This document shows, one piece after another, positions 38,507-48,207 of a DNA stretch of 48,207 bases. The position numbers and the translations under genes were made by a program. Every line of letters begins with the position of its first letter. Position 1 is the first letter of the stretch. A model generated the notes under the pieces. That model searched no databases. It worked only from the letters and a program-made list of their open reading frames with translations, and was not told the origin of the DNA. The DNA comes from an uncultured Bifidobacteriaceae bacterium (GTDB lineage Bacteria > Acidobacteriota > Vicinamibacteria > Vicinamibacterales > UBA2999): the NCBI GenBank assembly GCA_964400405.1, contig CAYNUO010000006.1, positions 17,602 through 65,808 of the forward strand, in the 5' to 3' direction.

Positions 38507-38885
38507 TCTGATCGCCGCCGCACGGGCCGTCCGGCTGAACGCCGAGGCGCGCTATTCCGGGTTCAAGGTCGGTGCCGCGCTCGAGGCCGAGGATGGCACG
38601 ATCGTCACCGGCTGCAATGTGGAGAACGCCACGTACGGCTTGACGGTGTGCGCAGAGCGCGTCGCCGTCTTCAAGGCGATCTCCGAAGGGCATCGCCGCT
38701 TCAGGAAGATCGCCGTCGTGGCTGACGCCGAGAAGCCGACGCCGCCGTGCGGTGCGTGCCGGCAGATTCTGTGGGAGTTCGGCGGGAACCTGGAAGTGAT
38801 CCTCGCCGATACGAAGCACGAGACCGGCCGCTACCAGCTGCGGGATCTGTTCCCGGCGCCGTTCGACGGCGGCAACCTGACGTAG
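38493..38885 (+). CDS. cdd: Cytidine deaminase (homotetrameric type)
   Basis: YSGFKVGAAL, GCNVENA, CAER, PCGACRQ. Confidence 0.96.
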   Translation: MADSDLIAAARAVRLNAEARYSGFKVGAALEAEDGTIVTGCNVENATYGLTVCAERVAVFKAISEGHRRFRKIAVVADAEKPTPPCGACRQILWEFGGNLEVILADTKHETGRYQLRDLFPAPFDGGNLT

Positions 38886-38899
38886 CTGCAGTCCGGCAG

Positions 38900-40588
38900 C
38901 TACTTCTTCCCTGGTTTCTTCGGGGCCGGCGCGGCCGCGTTGGCACCCGTCCCGCCCTCGGCGTACTTCACGTAGGGCGTCAGCGGCGTGACCATCAGCG
39001 GCACCTTCTCGCGGACCGTATTCACCTGGAACGACGTCGCCGAGCGGAGCAGCGCCAGCTTGCCGGTCCACGGGTCCAGCACGAGGCGGGCGCCGAGCGG
39101 CAACGCAGCCAGCTGATCGAGGTTTTCCAGGTCGAGTTCCGGCGCTTTCTGCATCAGCTCGGCGAGCCGGACGTTCGGGCCGCCGTCGGAGATGTGGTCG
39201 CCGATGTGCGGCTGAATCAGGTTGGGCAGCGCCTTGGAGCGCTCCGCGATGAGCTTCAGGAAGAGCCCGGCGTTGGTCAGCTTGTCCGCGTAGGGCGACT
39301 TCTTCAGCATCTCCAGCACCTTGGCGTCGGCGGCGGTCTCCTGCCGCGCGTCGCGGTTGGTCTTGAGCGTCTTCAGCAGCACCTCGTCGTCGACCATCAT
39401 GCGGTCGGCGAACGCGAACTGCGGGTTGACGAGTGGGTGTCCGAGGACGATGTGGGCGAGCTCGTGCGCCATCATCATCGCGAGGCTGCCTTCGTCCGGC
39501 AGGACGTCCACGAGGCCGCGGCTCATGACGATCGTGTGGCCGACGGTGAACGACTCGAACGGCGACGTCAGCAGCACCCGCGCGTGGACCGGGCGGTCGA
39601 GCGCGATCTCGTTGGTGACGAGCAGGTTGTTGAGCACCGTCTCGAGCACCTTCTCGACGTCACCGGGCATCCCGATGAGCTGGGCCTTCTCGAGCCGGAG
39701 CAGGACGTTGTCTTCGGCTTCCTTCTCCCAGCGCCGCTGGCTCTCAACGGGAGAGAGCTGTCCCTCTGGACGGGCCTGATCCTGAATCGTCGGCTCGCTG
39801 ATCTCGATGGACGTGAACGCGGTCTTCGCCTGCGTCTGCTGCGTGTCGTAGCCCCAGAGCTTGATCTGGCTCTTGAAGCGCGGCTCGGACGACTGCGGGG
39901 CCGTGGCGTCCTTGGCGTCCAGTTCCTCGACGTGCGTGTAGGACGGCACCCACACGCCGGCCTGGACGTTCGTGCGCCAGCTGTCGACGTGGAACGCGAC
40001 GTTCTTCTTGAACATCAGCCGTTCGATCCTGCGGTTGATGCCGTTGAACCGCACGATGTTGAAGCCGGCGTCCTCTACCCAGATCCGGCCGGCGAAGCCG
40101 TTTGCGATGTCCTTCTTGGGGCGGACGTCGATCACGTAGCAGCGGGCCTCGCCGAGGAACTCGCGCCGGACGAGCGTGAAATCGTAGCGCTTCGGCTCGA
40201 GCATTTCCCAGTCCGCGACGACCATGGCTGCGAAACCGTCGGGAATGTATTCCAGGTCGCGGTTGCGGTTGGCGCCCTCGAATCGCGGCGCCGCCTTGCC
40301 GCCGGACACGGTCAGCAGACGGGGCCCGCTGCGCCAGCCGAAGCGGCCGAGCAGGTAGCTGTCCTCGCTCGGGATCAGGCCGACCTTCTCGTCCATGGAG
40401 AGGTTCTGGATGTAAACCTCCACCATCGGCTTGAATTCGCGGATGTTCGTGATGAGCGTGGACTCGCTCTGGTTCGCCTTGTTGATGATCTCCTCCACCG
40501 CAGGCGTCTGCGCGGTGGGAGACGCCACCAGTCCGGCGAGCAGGAGAACGGTCGGAAGAAGGGCCTGGCGTCGCATGCTGTGTGTCAT
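38900..40588 (-). CDS. Exported protein: beta-rich N-domain fused to an M48-like zinc metallopeptidase
   Basis: Signal peptide; N-domain CYVIDVRPK..FAGRIWVE; LAMMMAHELAH and ETAAD. Confidence 0.8.
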   Translation of the reverse strand: MTHSMRRQALLPTVLLLAGLVASPTAQTPAVEEIINKANQSESTLITNIREFKPMVEVYIQNLSMDEKVGLIPSEDSYLLGRFGWRSGPRLLTVSGGKAAPRFEGANRNRDLEYIPDGFAAMVVADWEMLEPKRYDFTLVRREFLGEARCYVIDVRPKKDIANGFAGRIWVEDAGFNIVRFNGINRRIERLMFKKNVAFHVDSWRTNVQAGVWVPSYTHVEELDAKDATAPQSSEPRFKSQIKLWGYDTQQTQAKTAFTSIEISEPTIQDQARPEGQLSPVESQRRWEKEAEDNVLLRLEKAQLIGMPGDVEKVLETVLNNLLVTNEIALDRPVHARVLLTSPFESFTVGHTIVMSRGLVDVLPDEGSLAMMMAHELAHIVLGHPLVNPQFAFADRMMVDDEVLLKTLKTNRDARQETAADAKVLEMLKKSPYADKLTNAGLFLKLIAERSKALPNLIQPHIGDHISDGGPNVRLAELMQKAPELDLENLDQLAALPLGARLVLDPWTGKLALLRSATSFQVNTVREKVPLMVTPLTPYVKYAEGGTGANAAAPAPKKPGKK

Positions 40589-41658
40589 GTCAGTCGAAAC
40601 ACGATCGTGACTGTCGCGCGAACGTCCACCGGATCGCCCGACTGGGTCGCCGGCTTGAACGTGATTCGTTCCGCTGCCGCGCGGGCCATGTCGTCAAGGC
40701 CGTGCCCGAGGCCACGCACCACGCGAACCACCTTGACCTGGCGTCCCGCCGTGAACACGACCTCGAGGATCACGTCGCCTTCGACCTTCGCCGCGCGCGC
40801 CTCGTCAGTATATGCAGGCGTGGGCTTCGAAAGTACCTCGACCGGCGTGGGCGGAACCGCCGCTCTCGGTGGGGCGGGCGTGGCTGCGGCCGGTCGGGTC
40901 GCGGCAGTATCCCCGAAGCCCGAGGCCTGGACGGTGCCCGTCGGCCGGGCCGGCGCCCCGGCAGGCGCCGAGCTGCCGAACCCCGACGACGCGACCTGCC
41001 CGCGCGCGGCCGGCGCCTGGCGCCCCTGACCGCCTTCGAACCCGGAGGTGGCCACTGAGCCCCGCCGGTCCGTACCGGGCCTCGGCTGGGCCGAGCCGCC
41101 AAAGAGGCCCGTCTGCGCGGCCTGCAGCTTGAGGTCCGGGGCCGCCGCCTGCGGCGCGTCGAACCCGGTGGTCTGTACGGTGCCCTTCGGCGCCGCGGCC
41201 GCGGCGGCCGCCGGCGCGTCGAACGCGCCGACCGCGACCTCGGGCTTCGGCGGCGGTGGCGCCTCGGGCTTCGGCGGCTCCGGAGCTGGCGGCGGTTCCG
41301 GCTTCGGCGGTTCCGGCGGCGGCTCCGGCTCGGGTGGCGGCTCCACGGCGAGCGCGTCCAGGGTCTGGGTGTCGACCGATGGCGGCGGCGCTGCGTCGAC
41401 CTTCACCGGCGTGGAGGGGGAGGCCAGCGCCATGTACATCAGGCGCTCAAGCTGAGTGCTGGGCTTCGGCGTCGCCGGCCGGTTGTTCAGAAAAAGGAGA
41501 AACGCGATCGCCCCGGCGTGAAGGGCCAGGCTGATGACGACCGCCGAAGGCGATCGCCGGGCGGGGACGTGTTCGTCGAACAGTTCGCGGTCCTCGAGCG
41601 CGCGTGGAGCTGAAATCGTGTGCGACGGTTTCGCGCGTGAGAAGGTATTGTAAACCAC
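40585..41658 (-). CDS. TonB-family protein with long repetitive linker
   Basis: TM SLALH, Pro-rich tract, C-domain [18 protein letters not shown]...GLGHGLD...FKPA; start uncertain. Confidence 0.9.
   Translation of the reverse strand: MVYNTFSRAKPSHTISAPRALEDRELFDEHVPARRSPSAVVISLALHAGAIAFLLFLNNRPATPKPSTQLERLMYMALASPSTPVKVDAAPPPSVDTQTLDALAVEPPPEPEPPPEPPKPEPPPAPEPPKPEAPPPPKPEVAVGAFDAPAAAAAAAPKGTVQTTGFDAPQAAAPDLKLQAAQTGLFGGSAQPRPGTDRRGSVATSGFEGGQGRQAPAARGQVASSGFGSSAPAGAPARPTGTVQASGFGDTAATRPAAATPAPPRAAVPPTPVEVLSKPTPAYTDEARAAKVEGDVILEVVFTAGRQVKVVRVVRGLGHGLDDMARAAAERITFKPATQSGDPVDVRATVTIVFRLT
40912..41345 (-). repeat. Coding repeats: PEP/PKP tract followed by six VxxxGF-type units
   Basis: VAVGAF, VQTTGF, AQTGLF, VATSGF, VASSGF, VQASGF at about 20-aa spacing. 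Confidence 0.75.
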
Positions 41659-41672
41659 GGGATTCCAACCAG

Positions 41673-42725
41673 ATGCTGCCGACGATCGCGTGGGAAGACG
41701 ACAAGATTCTGATGATTGACCAGCGCAAGCTGCCCGCCCGCGAGGTGTGGGTCCGCTGCGCGACGGCCGCCCAGGTGGCCAAAGCCATCACGACGATGGT
41801 GATCCGCGGGGCTCCGGCGATCGGCGTGGCGGCCGCGATGGGAATCGCGCTCGAGATGCGGCGCAGCAAGGCGGCCGGGACCAAGCAGTTCACGACCGAG
41901 TTCCAGAAGACCTGCGACCTGCTCGCGGCCACCCGGCCCACGGCGGTCAACCTGTTCTGGGGCATCGAGCGGATGAAGCAGGCCTTCGCCGCCGCTGCGG
42001 CCGACGGCGCGTCGGTCGACGAGATCAAGACGCGCCTCCGGACGACGGCCGACCGCATTCATGACGACGACGTGGCGAGTTGCCGCGCCATCGGCGCGTT
42101 CGGTGCCTCGCTGGTGCCCGACACCGCGACGATCCTCACCCACTGCAATGCCGGCGCGCTGGCGACGGCCGGCTACGGCACGGCGCTCGGCGTCATCCGC
42201 GGCGCGGTCGAGGCCGGCAAGCGCGTGGCCGTGCTGGCCGACGAGACGCGACCGTTCCTCCAGGGCGCCCGGCTGACCGCCTGGGAACTGGTGCGCGACG
42301 GCATCGATACGACCGTGATCACCGACAACATGGCGGGGGCGCTGATGCGGACGAGCCGCATCGACCTGGTCGTCGTCGGTGCCGACCGCATCGCCGCCAA
42401 CGGCGACGCGGCCAACAAGATCGGCACCTACTCCGTGGCGGTGCTGGCGAAGGAGCACGGCATTCCGTTCTACGTGGCCGCGCCGATGTCGACCGTCGAC
42501 CTCGCCACGGCGGACGGCACGGGCATTCCGATCGAGGAGCGCAACGAGCGTGAGGTGACGCACGTGGGGACGTCCCGGCTGACGCCGGTCGGCGCGCGCA
42601 TCAGGAACCCGGCATTCGACGTGACGCCCAATCGTTTCATCAGCGCGATCATCACCGAGCGTGGCATCGCGCGGGCTCCGTTCGCGGACTCGCTCCAGGC
42701 ACTGGTCGCTGGCGCGTCCGCCTAG
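41673..42725 (+). CDS. mtnA: Methylthioribose-1-phosphate isomerase
   Basis: [51 protein letters not shown]. Confidence 0.96.
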   Translation: MLPTIAWEDDKILMIDQRKLPAREVWVRCATAAQVAKAITTMVIRGAPAIGVAAAMGIALEMRRSKAAGTKQFTTEFQKTCDLLAATRPTAVNLFWGIERMKQAFAAAAADGASVDEIKTRLRTTADRIHDDDVASCRAIGAFGASLVPDTATILTHCNAGALATAGYGTALGVIRGAVEAGKRVAVLADETRPFLQGARLTAWELVRDGIDTTVITDNMAGALMRTSRIDLVVVGADRIAANGDAANKIGTYSVAVLAKEHGIPFYVAAPMSTVDLATADGTGIPIEERNEREVTHVGTSRLTPVGARIRNPAFDVTPNRFISAIITERGIARAPFADSLQALVAGASA

Positions 42726-42743
42726 CGGTCCGTGCAGAGGGCC

Positions 42744-43820
42744 ATGCCCTTCACACTGCTCGGGATCGAAACCTCCTGCGACGAGACGAGCGCGGCGCTG
42801 GTCTCCGAGACGGGCGACGCGGCCCGCCCGTGGCGGATCCACGCGAACGTCGTCGCGTCGCAGGCGGCGCTGCACCGTGAGTGGGGCGGTGTCGTGCCGG
42901 AGATTGCCTCGCGTCAGCACATCAGGGACATCTGCGGCGTGGTCGACGCGGCGTTCGCGGAAGCTGGCGTGACGCTGGACGACATCGGCGCCGTGGCCGT
43001 CACGGAGGGGCCGGGCCTCGTCGGGTCGCTGCTCGTCGGCGTGTCCTTCGCGAAGTCCGTGGCCTTCGCCAGAGGGATTCCGCTGGTCGGCGTGCACCAC
43101 CTGGCGGGTCACATCGAGTCGATCGTGCTGGCGCACGGGGAGATGCCGCTCCCGGCCGTCGTGCTGGTCGTCTCGGGAGGGCACACGAGCCTCTACCGGA
43201 TGGACGCGCCCGGTGCATACGTCCGTCTCGGCCGTACCCGCGACGACGCCGCCGGCGAGGCGTTCGACAAGGTGGCAAAGCTGCTGGGCCTTGGCTATCC
43301 CGGCGGGCCGATCATCGACCGGCTTGCGAGGCAGGGCAAGGAGACCGCCGTCCGCTTTCCGAAGATGCGGCTGACGCATGCCGACCGGAACGCCCCTGAA
43401 CTCCCGGGCACGCGCGACTTCAGCTTCAGCGGCCTCAAGACCGCGGTCCTCCGGCACGTCACCGCGCGGGTGGACGCGCTCGGTGTGGCGGGTCCGGGCT
43501 CGTTGCCGGAACAGGAGCAGGCCGACATCGCGGCGAGCTTCCAGCGGTCCGTCGTCGAGACGCTGGTCGATCGACTGATGGAGGCGGCCCGCGAGGAAGG
43601 CGCGGCGAGCGTCGGCATTGCGGGCGGCGTGTCGGCCAACAGCCGGCTGCGGAGCCTGGCCGAGGAGCGGGCAGCCGCGTCGGGACTGCCGCTGCTGATT
43701 CCGCCCGTGGCGCTCTCGACGGACAACGCGGCGATGATCGCAGCCGCGGGGTTCCGCCGCCTCCGTGCGGGCCGCATTTCGGACTGGACGCTCAACGCGC
43801 ACGCCGCGCTCGCGCTGTAG
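42744..43820 (+). CDS. tsaD: tRNA N6-adenosine threonylcarbamoyltransferase TsaD
   Basis: [63 protein letters not shown]. Confidence 0.97.
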   Translation: MPFTLLGIETSCDETSAALVSETGDAARPWRIHANVVASQAALHREWGGVVPEIASRQHIRDICGVVDAAFAEAGVTLDDIGAVAVTEGPGLVGSLLVGVSFAKSVAFARGIPLVGVHHLAGHIESIVLAHGEMPLPAVVLVVSGGHTSLYRMDAPGAYVRLGRTRDDAAGEAFDKVAKLLGLGYPGGPIIDRLARQGKETAVRFPKMRLTHADRNAPELPGTRDFSFSGLKTAVLRHVTARVDALGVAGPGSLPEQEQADIAASFQRSVVETLVDRLMEAAREEGAASVGIAGGVSANSRLRSLAEERAAASGLPLLIPPVALSTDNAAMIAAAGFRRLRAGRISDWTLNAHAALAL

Positions 43821-43837
43821 CCCGGCAGGAGCACGCC

Positions 43838-44251
43838 ATGAAGACGCACACCGACTACCTGCTGTTCGAAACTGCCGAACGGCAGGAGTTCGTCCGGATC
43901 ACCGACGACGTGGCGCGCATCGTCGAGGCAAGCGGCGTGACGGACGGCCTTGCACTGGTGTCGGCGATGCACATTACGTCGGGGGTCTACGTGAACGACT
44001 GGGAAGACGGGCTGATTCACGATTTCCAGGTCTGGCTGGAGAAGCTGGCCCCCGCCGGACTCCCATACCGTCATCACCAGACCGGGGAGGACAACGCCGA
44101 CGCGCATCTGAAGCGGACGTTGATGGGGCACCAGGTCATGGTGCCGATCACGAGGGGCGCGCTGGATCTCGGCCCGTGGGAACAGGTGTTCTACGCGGAA
44201 TTCGACGGCCAGCGCCCGAAGCGCGTGGTCGTGAAGGTGATGGGGCTCTGA
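43838..44251 (+). CDS. yjbQ: YjbQ / UPF0047 family protein
   Basis: [29 protein letters not shown]. Confidence 0.9.
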   Translation: MKTHTDYLLFETAERQEFVRITDDVARIVEASGVTDGLALVSAMHITSGVYVNDWEDGLIHDFQVWLEKLAPAGLPYRHHQTGEDNADAHLKRTLMGHQVMVPITRGALDLGPWEQVFYAEFDGQRPKRVVVKVMGL

Positions 44252-44712
44252 TGGCTGGACGGCGGGAGTATCCGGACCGGCCCTATGTCGGTGTCGGCGC
44301 GGTGATTGTCGACGCCGCCGGACGGGTGGTGCTCATCAAGCGGCGGTTCGAGCCGCGCGCCGGTGAGTGGAGCCTGCCGGGCGGTAACCTGGAGGTCGGC
44401 GAAACGCTCGAGGCGGCCGTTGCGCGGGAGATGGAGGAGGAGACGGGGCTTGTGGTCGAGGTCGGCCCGGTCGTTGAAGTCTTCGACCGCATCATGCGCG
44501 ACGACGAGGGGCGCGTTCGCTTCCACTTCGTCATTGTCGACTATCTCTGCTGGCCGGTCGGCGGCACGCTCGGCGCGGCGTCGGACGTGTCGGAGGCGGC
44601 GCTGGTCGACCCGCTGGAGCTGGGTCCCTATGGGTTGACGGCCAAGGCGACCAGCGTCATCGAGCGGGCGCTGGCCATGTGGCAGGTCAGGCCGGAACGC
44701 CGCCGTCGCTGA
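44251..44712 (+). CDS. Nudix hydrolase
   Basis: Nudix box GGNLEVGETLEAAVAREMEEETGL; REYP..P.VGVG N-terminus; TGATG overlap with yjbQ. Confidence 0.92.
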   Translation: MAGRREYPDRPYVGVGAVIVDAAGRVVLIKRRFEPRAGEWSLPGGNLEVGETLEAAVAREMEEETGLVVEVGPVVEVFDRIMRDDEGRVRFHFVIVDYLCWPVGGTLGAASDVSEAALVDPLELGPYGLTAKATSVIERALAMWQVRPERRRR

Positions 44713-45028
44713 GGCGCAGCAGCAACGCGCGAAGCGCGTTCTGCGCGTGCACGGACGGGTTGATGAACTCCAGCCCCGATTCGTAGGTCAGGGTGTCGGC
44801 CGCCAGGTCGACCACGCGGCTGTGGACGACCCGGCCTGCAATCACCAGCGCGGTTCCGTCCACGGCCAGCCGCACTTCGTGCAGCGACTCGAGGCGGAGC
44901 GGCCGATCGGTCTCGACCAGCACGCCACCCGCGCTGATCTGCGTGACCACGAGTGGCATGGCCACGATGATGTCGCCGGTCAGGCTGCCTTCGACGGGCA
45001 GCCGCATCGCCCTGCGCTGTTCGTGCAT
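44687..45028 (-). CDS. Stand-alone PilZ-domain protein
   Basis: RxxxR (RRAMR), QISAGG, GRVVH, GLEF. Confidence 0.82.
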   Translation of the reverse strand: MHEQRRAMRLPVEGSLTGDIIVAMPLVVTQISAGGVLVETDRPLRLESLHEVRLAVDGTALVIAGRVVHSRVVDLAADTLTYESGLEFINPSVHAQNALRALLLRLSDGGVPA

Positions 45029-45084
45029 CGGAACTGTCTGATGATGCCGGAATCGCTGCGAGCTGTCGATAATTCGACGGCTGC

Positions 45085-45474
45085 TCAGTTCAGCCTGGGC
45101 AGGTCCGGGCCGTCCGCCCGGCCCTCCTTGGGCGCGGGCAGGTCGCCGGGCTCGGCCGCGACCGAGGGTTCATCCTCGGCCGCGATCGTCATGACCGGTA
45201 TGTGCCTGGTGACAGGGTCCAGCTTCAGCATGGTCAGCACCTGCAGGTCCGAGGCCTCGTTCAGCGCCGCCCGCAGGATCACGAGATCGGGCTGGATGCT
45301 GCGAATCTGTTCGTACGCCCGTCCGTCGGGCGGCACGAAGACCATGTCGTAATGTCCCGCAGCCAGCACGGTGTCCAGCAACCGGAGGACACCGGGGTCG
45401 CCATTGACGAGCACGACCCGCTGGGCGGGTGGAAGTGCGGAGTGGGATGGCGACGCGTGGACGGGCAGGGTCAT
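45085..45474 (-). CDS. Single-domain pseudo-receiver (CheY-like) protein
   Basis: VVLVNGD, PDLVIL, LKLDPVTRHIPV receiver pattern without the phospho-Asp; SD AGGAGG. Confidence 0.75.
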   Translation of the reverse strand: MTLPVHASPSHSALPPAQRVVLVNGDPGVLRLLDTVLAAGHYDMVFVPPDGRAYEQIRSIQPDLVILRAALNEASDLQVLTMLKLDPVTRHIPVMTIAAEDEPSVAAEPGDLPAPKEGRADGPDLPRLN

Positions 45475-45497
45475 TGGCGACCTCCTGCCCTCACTTC

Positions 45498-45513
45498 TAC
45501 AGGAATCGTGCCA
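45498..45513 (-). promoter_or_regulatory. Candidate sigma-54 promoter
   Basis: Minus strand reads TGGCACG-ATTC-CTGTA: perfect -24 element, variant -12 (GT for GC). Confidence 0.4.
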
Positions 45514-45668
45514 TGTGCGGCGCGCCCATCTACAGCGCTTTCAGGCGAGCTGGGCGGTAGTCCCTGGCGGTCTCGGTGGGTGTCGACAGCAGTGGGGACG
45601 TACGGCGTCCCTCTGTTGTCTCGGGGGCTGGAGGGCGTCTCGCTATCGGGTGGGATGAGGTCTTGAAG

Positions 45669-45704
45669 CTCCGACGCCCGTTCCCAGCGGAACGAGCGTC
45701 GGAG
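45669..45704 (-). terminator. Strong 16-bp stem-loop downstream of the TBDR
   Basis: Minus strand CTCCGACGCTCGTTCC-GCTG-GGAACGGGCGTCGGAG (one G-U pair), weak U-tract. Confidence 0.6.
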
Positions 45705-45719
45705 TGCGTGATGGTCTGC

Positions 45720-48207
45720 TTAGAACTCGAACCGGGCGCCGAGGCGCACGGCGATGGGCGCCTGGAACTGGGCCGGGTTGCCGCCGAGCAGCGTGTTGAC
45801 CGGCTTGCCCAGATCCGGGTCCGGCGTGCCGGAGCCCAGCTGCGTGTTCTGGCTGTAGATGCGAACGCGCCGCTGGTTGAACAGGTTGAAGATGTCGGCC
45901 ACGAGCGACAGCTTCCGGCTGGAGTTCATCCTGAGGGAGTACGAGGCCTGCAGGTCGACCTGGCTCTCGAACGGCGTCCGCTTCATGAAGCCGTCGATGG
46001 TCTTAATCCCGGATCCACGCGGCGCCTCGGGGATCTCCCCGTTGCTGGCGTAGTTCGGGTTCGCCGCCATCGGCGTCAGCGGCTTGCCGCTGCTCAGGTT
46101 CAGGTTGAGGCCCATGTTGAACGCGGGCGTCACCATGTAACTGCCGCTCACCTTCACCTGATGCGGTCGATCGAGCGGCAGGATGCCGTTCTTGTCGCCC
46201 AGGTTGACGATGTCGCCGCCGTATCCCAGCTGATTGACACCGATCGACTTGTAGGTCGGGTCACCCGTCGGGAAGTCATAGAGGGAGGAGATGCCGGGGT
46301 CGGACTGCCCGTTGTCGTCGCGGTAGAAGCCTTCGAAGTTGCCGCGAAGGCGCGAGTACCGGTAGGAGGTCAGGGTGGTCCAGTTGCCGGCGCGACGGCG
46401 CAGGACGAGTTCGAGCGCGTTGTACCGGTGGACAGGGTTATCGAACTTCACGGATGCGAAGCGCGGGTCAATCCTGACGACATCGGCATTGATTGGCGTG
46501 TCACTCGACGGGTTCGTCAGGATGTACTCGACGTTGCCGCACGGGACCGAGGTCGGCCCGAGGTCGTACGCGGCCATCGGGCAGTTCGCCACGTCTTCAA
46601 GCACACGCGGCATGTTCCGGAAGATGTACCGGGCAGTGAAGGTCGTCCCAGACCCGATTTCGCGCTCCACGCCTGCCACGATCTCGTTCGTGTAGGTCAG
46701 CTTCGTTTTCGGGTCGATCGTGTCGGCGCCGACTCCCGCCAGCACAAAGTGGTTGGTCGTGACGGCGCCGGCCGGCGTGATGGTGGCCACGCCCTGCGGC
46801 ACGGGCTGCGTCAGGTTCGCGTCGAAGTAGTCGCCGCGGCTGAAGCCGTCATCGGCCGACAGCGCGCGCGCCGCGAGGTCCATCGGGATCCTGGCGAAGA
46901 ACACGCCGTAGCTCCCGTAGACCTTCGTCCTGCCGTCGCCGTTCACGTCGTACGCCATGCCAAGGCGGGGCGCCCAGTTGTTCTTGAGCTGCCAGTCCTT
47001 GATGATCGTGCCGCTCAGCGTCTCCTGCTCGTAGCGGACACCCGCGTTGATCGTCGCCCGGCCGAGACGCCATTCATCCTGGCCGAACACGTTCACGTAG
47101 GTCTGCGGAATCGTGCGCGACGTGTTGAAGTTCGCCCGCGTGACGCGGTAGATCTTTCCGAAGTTGACGTCGGACAGGACCGTGATGGAGGCGCCCGTCG
47201 CCGTCTGACGGCCGTCCGGGGCCTTGAAGGTCGGACCAGTGCGCTGGTTGAGCTGCGAGTACGTCACGTCGTCGTACTGGAAGCCGTACTTGATCGCGTG
47301 GCCGCCAACCAGGTGGGTCGACTTCGCCGACCACTGCTTGCTGAGGCTGACGTTGCCAGCCTCGTAGGAACCGATACCGCCGGTGATGACGGTCGGTGTC
47401 ACGGTCTGGTTCGTCACGCGCCAGGTGTTGTCCTTCGGGAGTTCGCTGATCGAGTTGCGCGAACGGGCAAACGACCCTTCAATCAGCCAGTTGTTGCGTT
47501 CCGCGCCGGAGTAGCGAATGGCCTGCTGGTGGCCGCCGTAGTCCAGCGTGCTGTACGACGAGTCCGTGGTCGCCAGAAGAGCTGACGTGCGCTGAGGACC
47601 CTCGGGGCCATGTGACGGGTCGCCGAAGAACGAGGCGTTGATGCTCCGGGCGTTGGTGACCTGCCAGGTGGCCTTGGCGGCATACGACATCGTCGTCCGG
47701 ACGCGGTCGACGTTGCCACGGGAAGCAAGCGGGAATCCCGGGGGGGCCGCCAGCGTGCGGACCTGACGGGACGGGTCGATGGCGCCGAACCAGAAGAGCT
47801 TGTTCTGGACCAGGGCGCCGCCGGCTTCGGCGCCGCCGTCGCTGACCATCGTCTGCTGAATGTTCACGGACCCGTTCGCAGCCTGGTACTGCTTCCAGGC
47901 CGCCTCGAGCTGCGGGGGCTGCGTATAGCCGAAGACCGACCCGCGGAGCTGGTTGCTGCCGCTCTTGGTGACGACGTTCACGACACCGCCCGTCGCCTGG
48001 CCGTACTCGGCCTCGTAGCCGCCGGTCTTGACCTGCACTTCCTGGATGAAGTCGAAGGGCGTGGCATTGCCGAGCGAGCCATGCGTGATCGAGTACGAAC
48101 CAAGGCCGCCGTACCCGGTGTTGGTCACGTTCGCGCCGTCGATGACGTACTGATTCTCGAGGCCCGAAGCGCCGCCGATGGACGGGTTCGCCGTGCCAAG
48201 CGTGCCC
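45720..48207 (-). CDS. TonB-dependent receptor (Oar-like), 5'-truncated by the window edge
   Basis: Frame open past the window end; FIQEVQVKTGGYEAEYGQATGGVVNVVTKSG, QDEW, APRLG, DRPHQ, C-terminal RFEF. Confidence 0.92.
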   Translation of the reverse strand, partial: GTLGTANPSIGGASGLENQYVIDGANVTNTGYGGLGSYSITHGSLGNATPFDFIQEVQVKTGGYEAEYGQATGGVVNVVTKSGSNQLRGSVFGYTQPPQLEAAWKQYQAANGSVNIQQTMVSDGGAEAGGALVQNKLFWFGAIDPSRQVRTLAAPPGFPLASRGNVDRVRTTMSYAAKATWQVTNARSINASFFGDPSHGPEGPQRTSALLATTDSSYSTLDYGGHQQAIRYSGAERNNWLIEGSFARSRNSISELPKDNTWRVTNQTVTPTVITGGIGSYEAGNVSLSKQWSAKSTHLVGGHAIKYGFQYDDVTYSQLNQRTGPTFKAPDGRQTATGASITVLSDVNFGKIYRVTRANFNTSRTIPQTYVNVFGQDEWRLGRATINAGVRYEQETLSGTIIKDWQLKNNWAPRLGMAYDVNGDGRTKVYGSYGVFFARIPMDLAARALSADDGFSRGDYFDANLTQPVPQGVATITPAGAVTTNHFVLAGVGADTIDPKTKLTYTNEIVAGVEREIGSGTTFTARYIFRNMPRVLEDVANCPMAAYDLGPTSVPCGNVEYILTNPSSDTPINADVVRIDPRFASVKFDNPVHRYNALELVLRRRAGNWTTLTSYRYSRLRGNFEGFYRDDNGQSDPGISSLYDFPTGDPTYKSIGVNQLGYGGDIVNLGDKNGILPLDRPHQVKVSGSYMVTPAFNMGLNLNLSSGKPLTPMAANPNYASNGEIPEAPRGSGIKTIDGFMKRTPFESQVDLQASYSLRMNSSRKLSLVADIFNLFNQRRVRIYSQNTQLGSGTPDPDLGKPVNTLLGGNPAQFQAPIAVRLGARFEF

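Noticed and set aside
44687-44712. 26-bp convergent overlap of the Nudix and PilZ genes
   Set aside because: Short 3' overlaps are common in GC-rich genomes.

Overview
High-GC, gene-dense bacterial chromosomal window. The gene repertoire (carboxypeptidase-regulatory-like domain TonB-dependent receptors, ThuA and PQQ proteins, Pro-rich TonBs) suggests Acidobacteriota, probably Vicinamibacterales-like; this is an inference. Housekeeping blocks are ppiD-fkbp-rlmD, mreBCD-mrdA-rodA-rng-murI, the nucleoside salvage genes pdp-nupC-punA-cdd, and mtnA-tsaD-yjbQ-Nudix. Accessory blocks are: TBDR-ThuA-PQQ dehydrogenase with a convergent TonB; a five-gene operon of SAM methyltransferase, folB, FolM-like SDR, phospholipase D and CYTH (best candidate for an undescribed pterin-modifying pathway); a long minus-strand run of HEAT protein, HD-GYP, S8 protease, OMP, MGMT, TBDR, helical protein and a heme c / degenerate Cu-monooxygenase-like protein; a TonB with periodic GF repeats coupled to an M48 peptidase fusion; and a pseudo-receiver-PilZ pair. 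I saw no rRNA, tRNA, CRISPR array, IS or phage genes. All calls come from reading motifs by eye, with no database searches.
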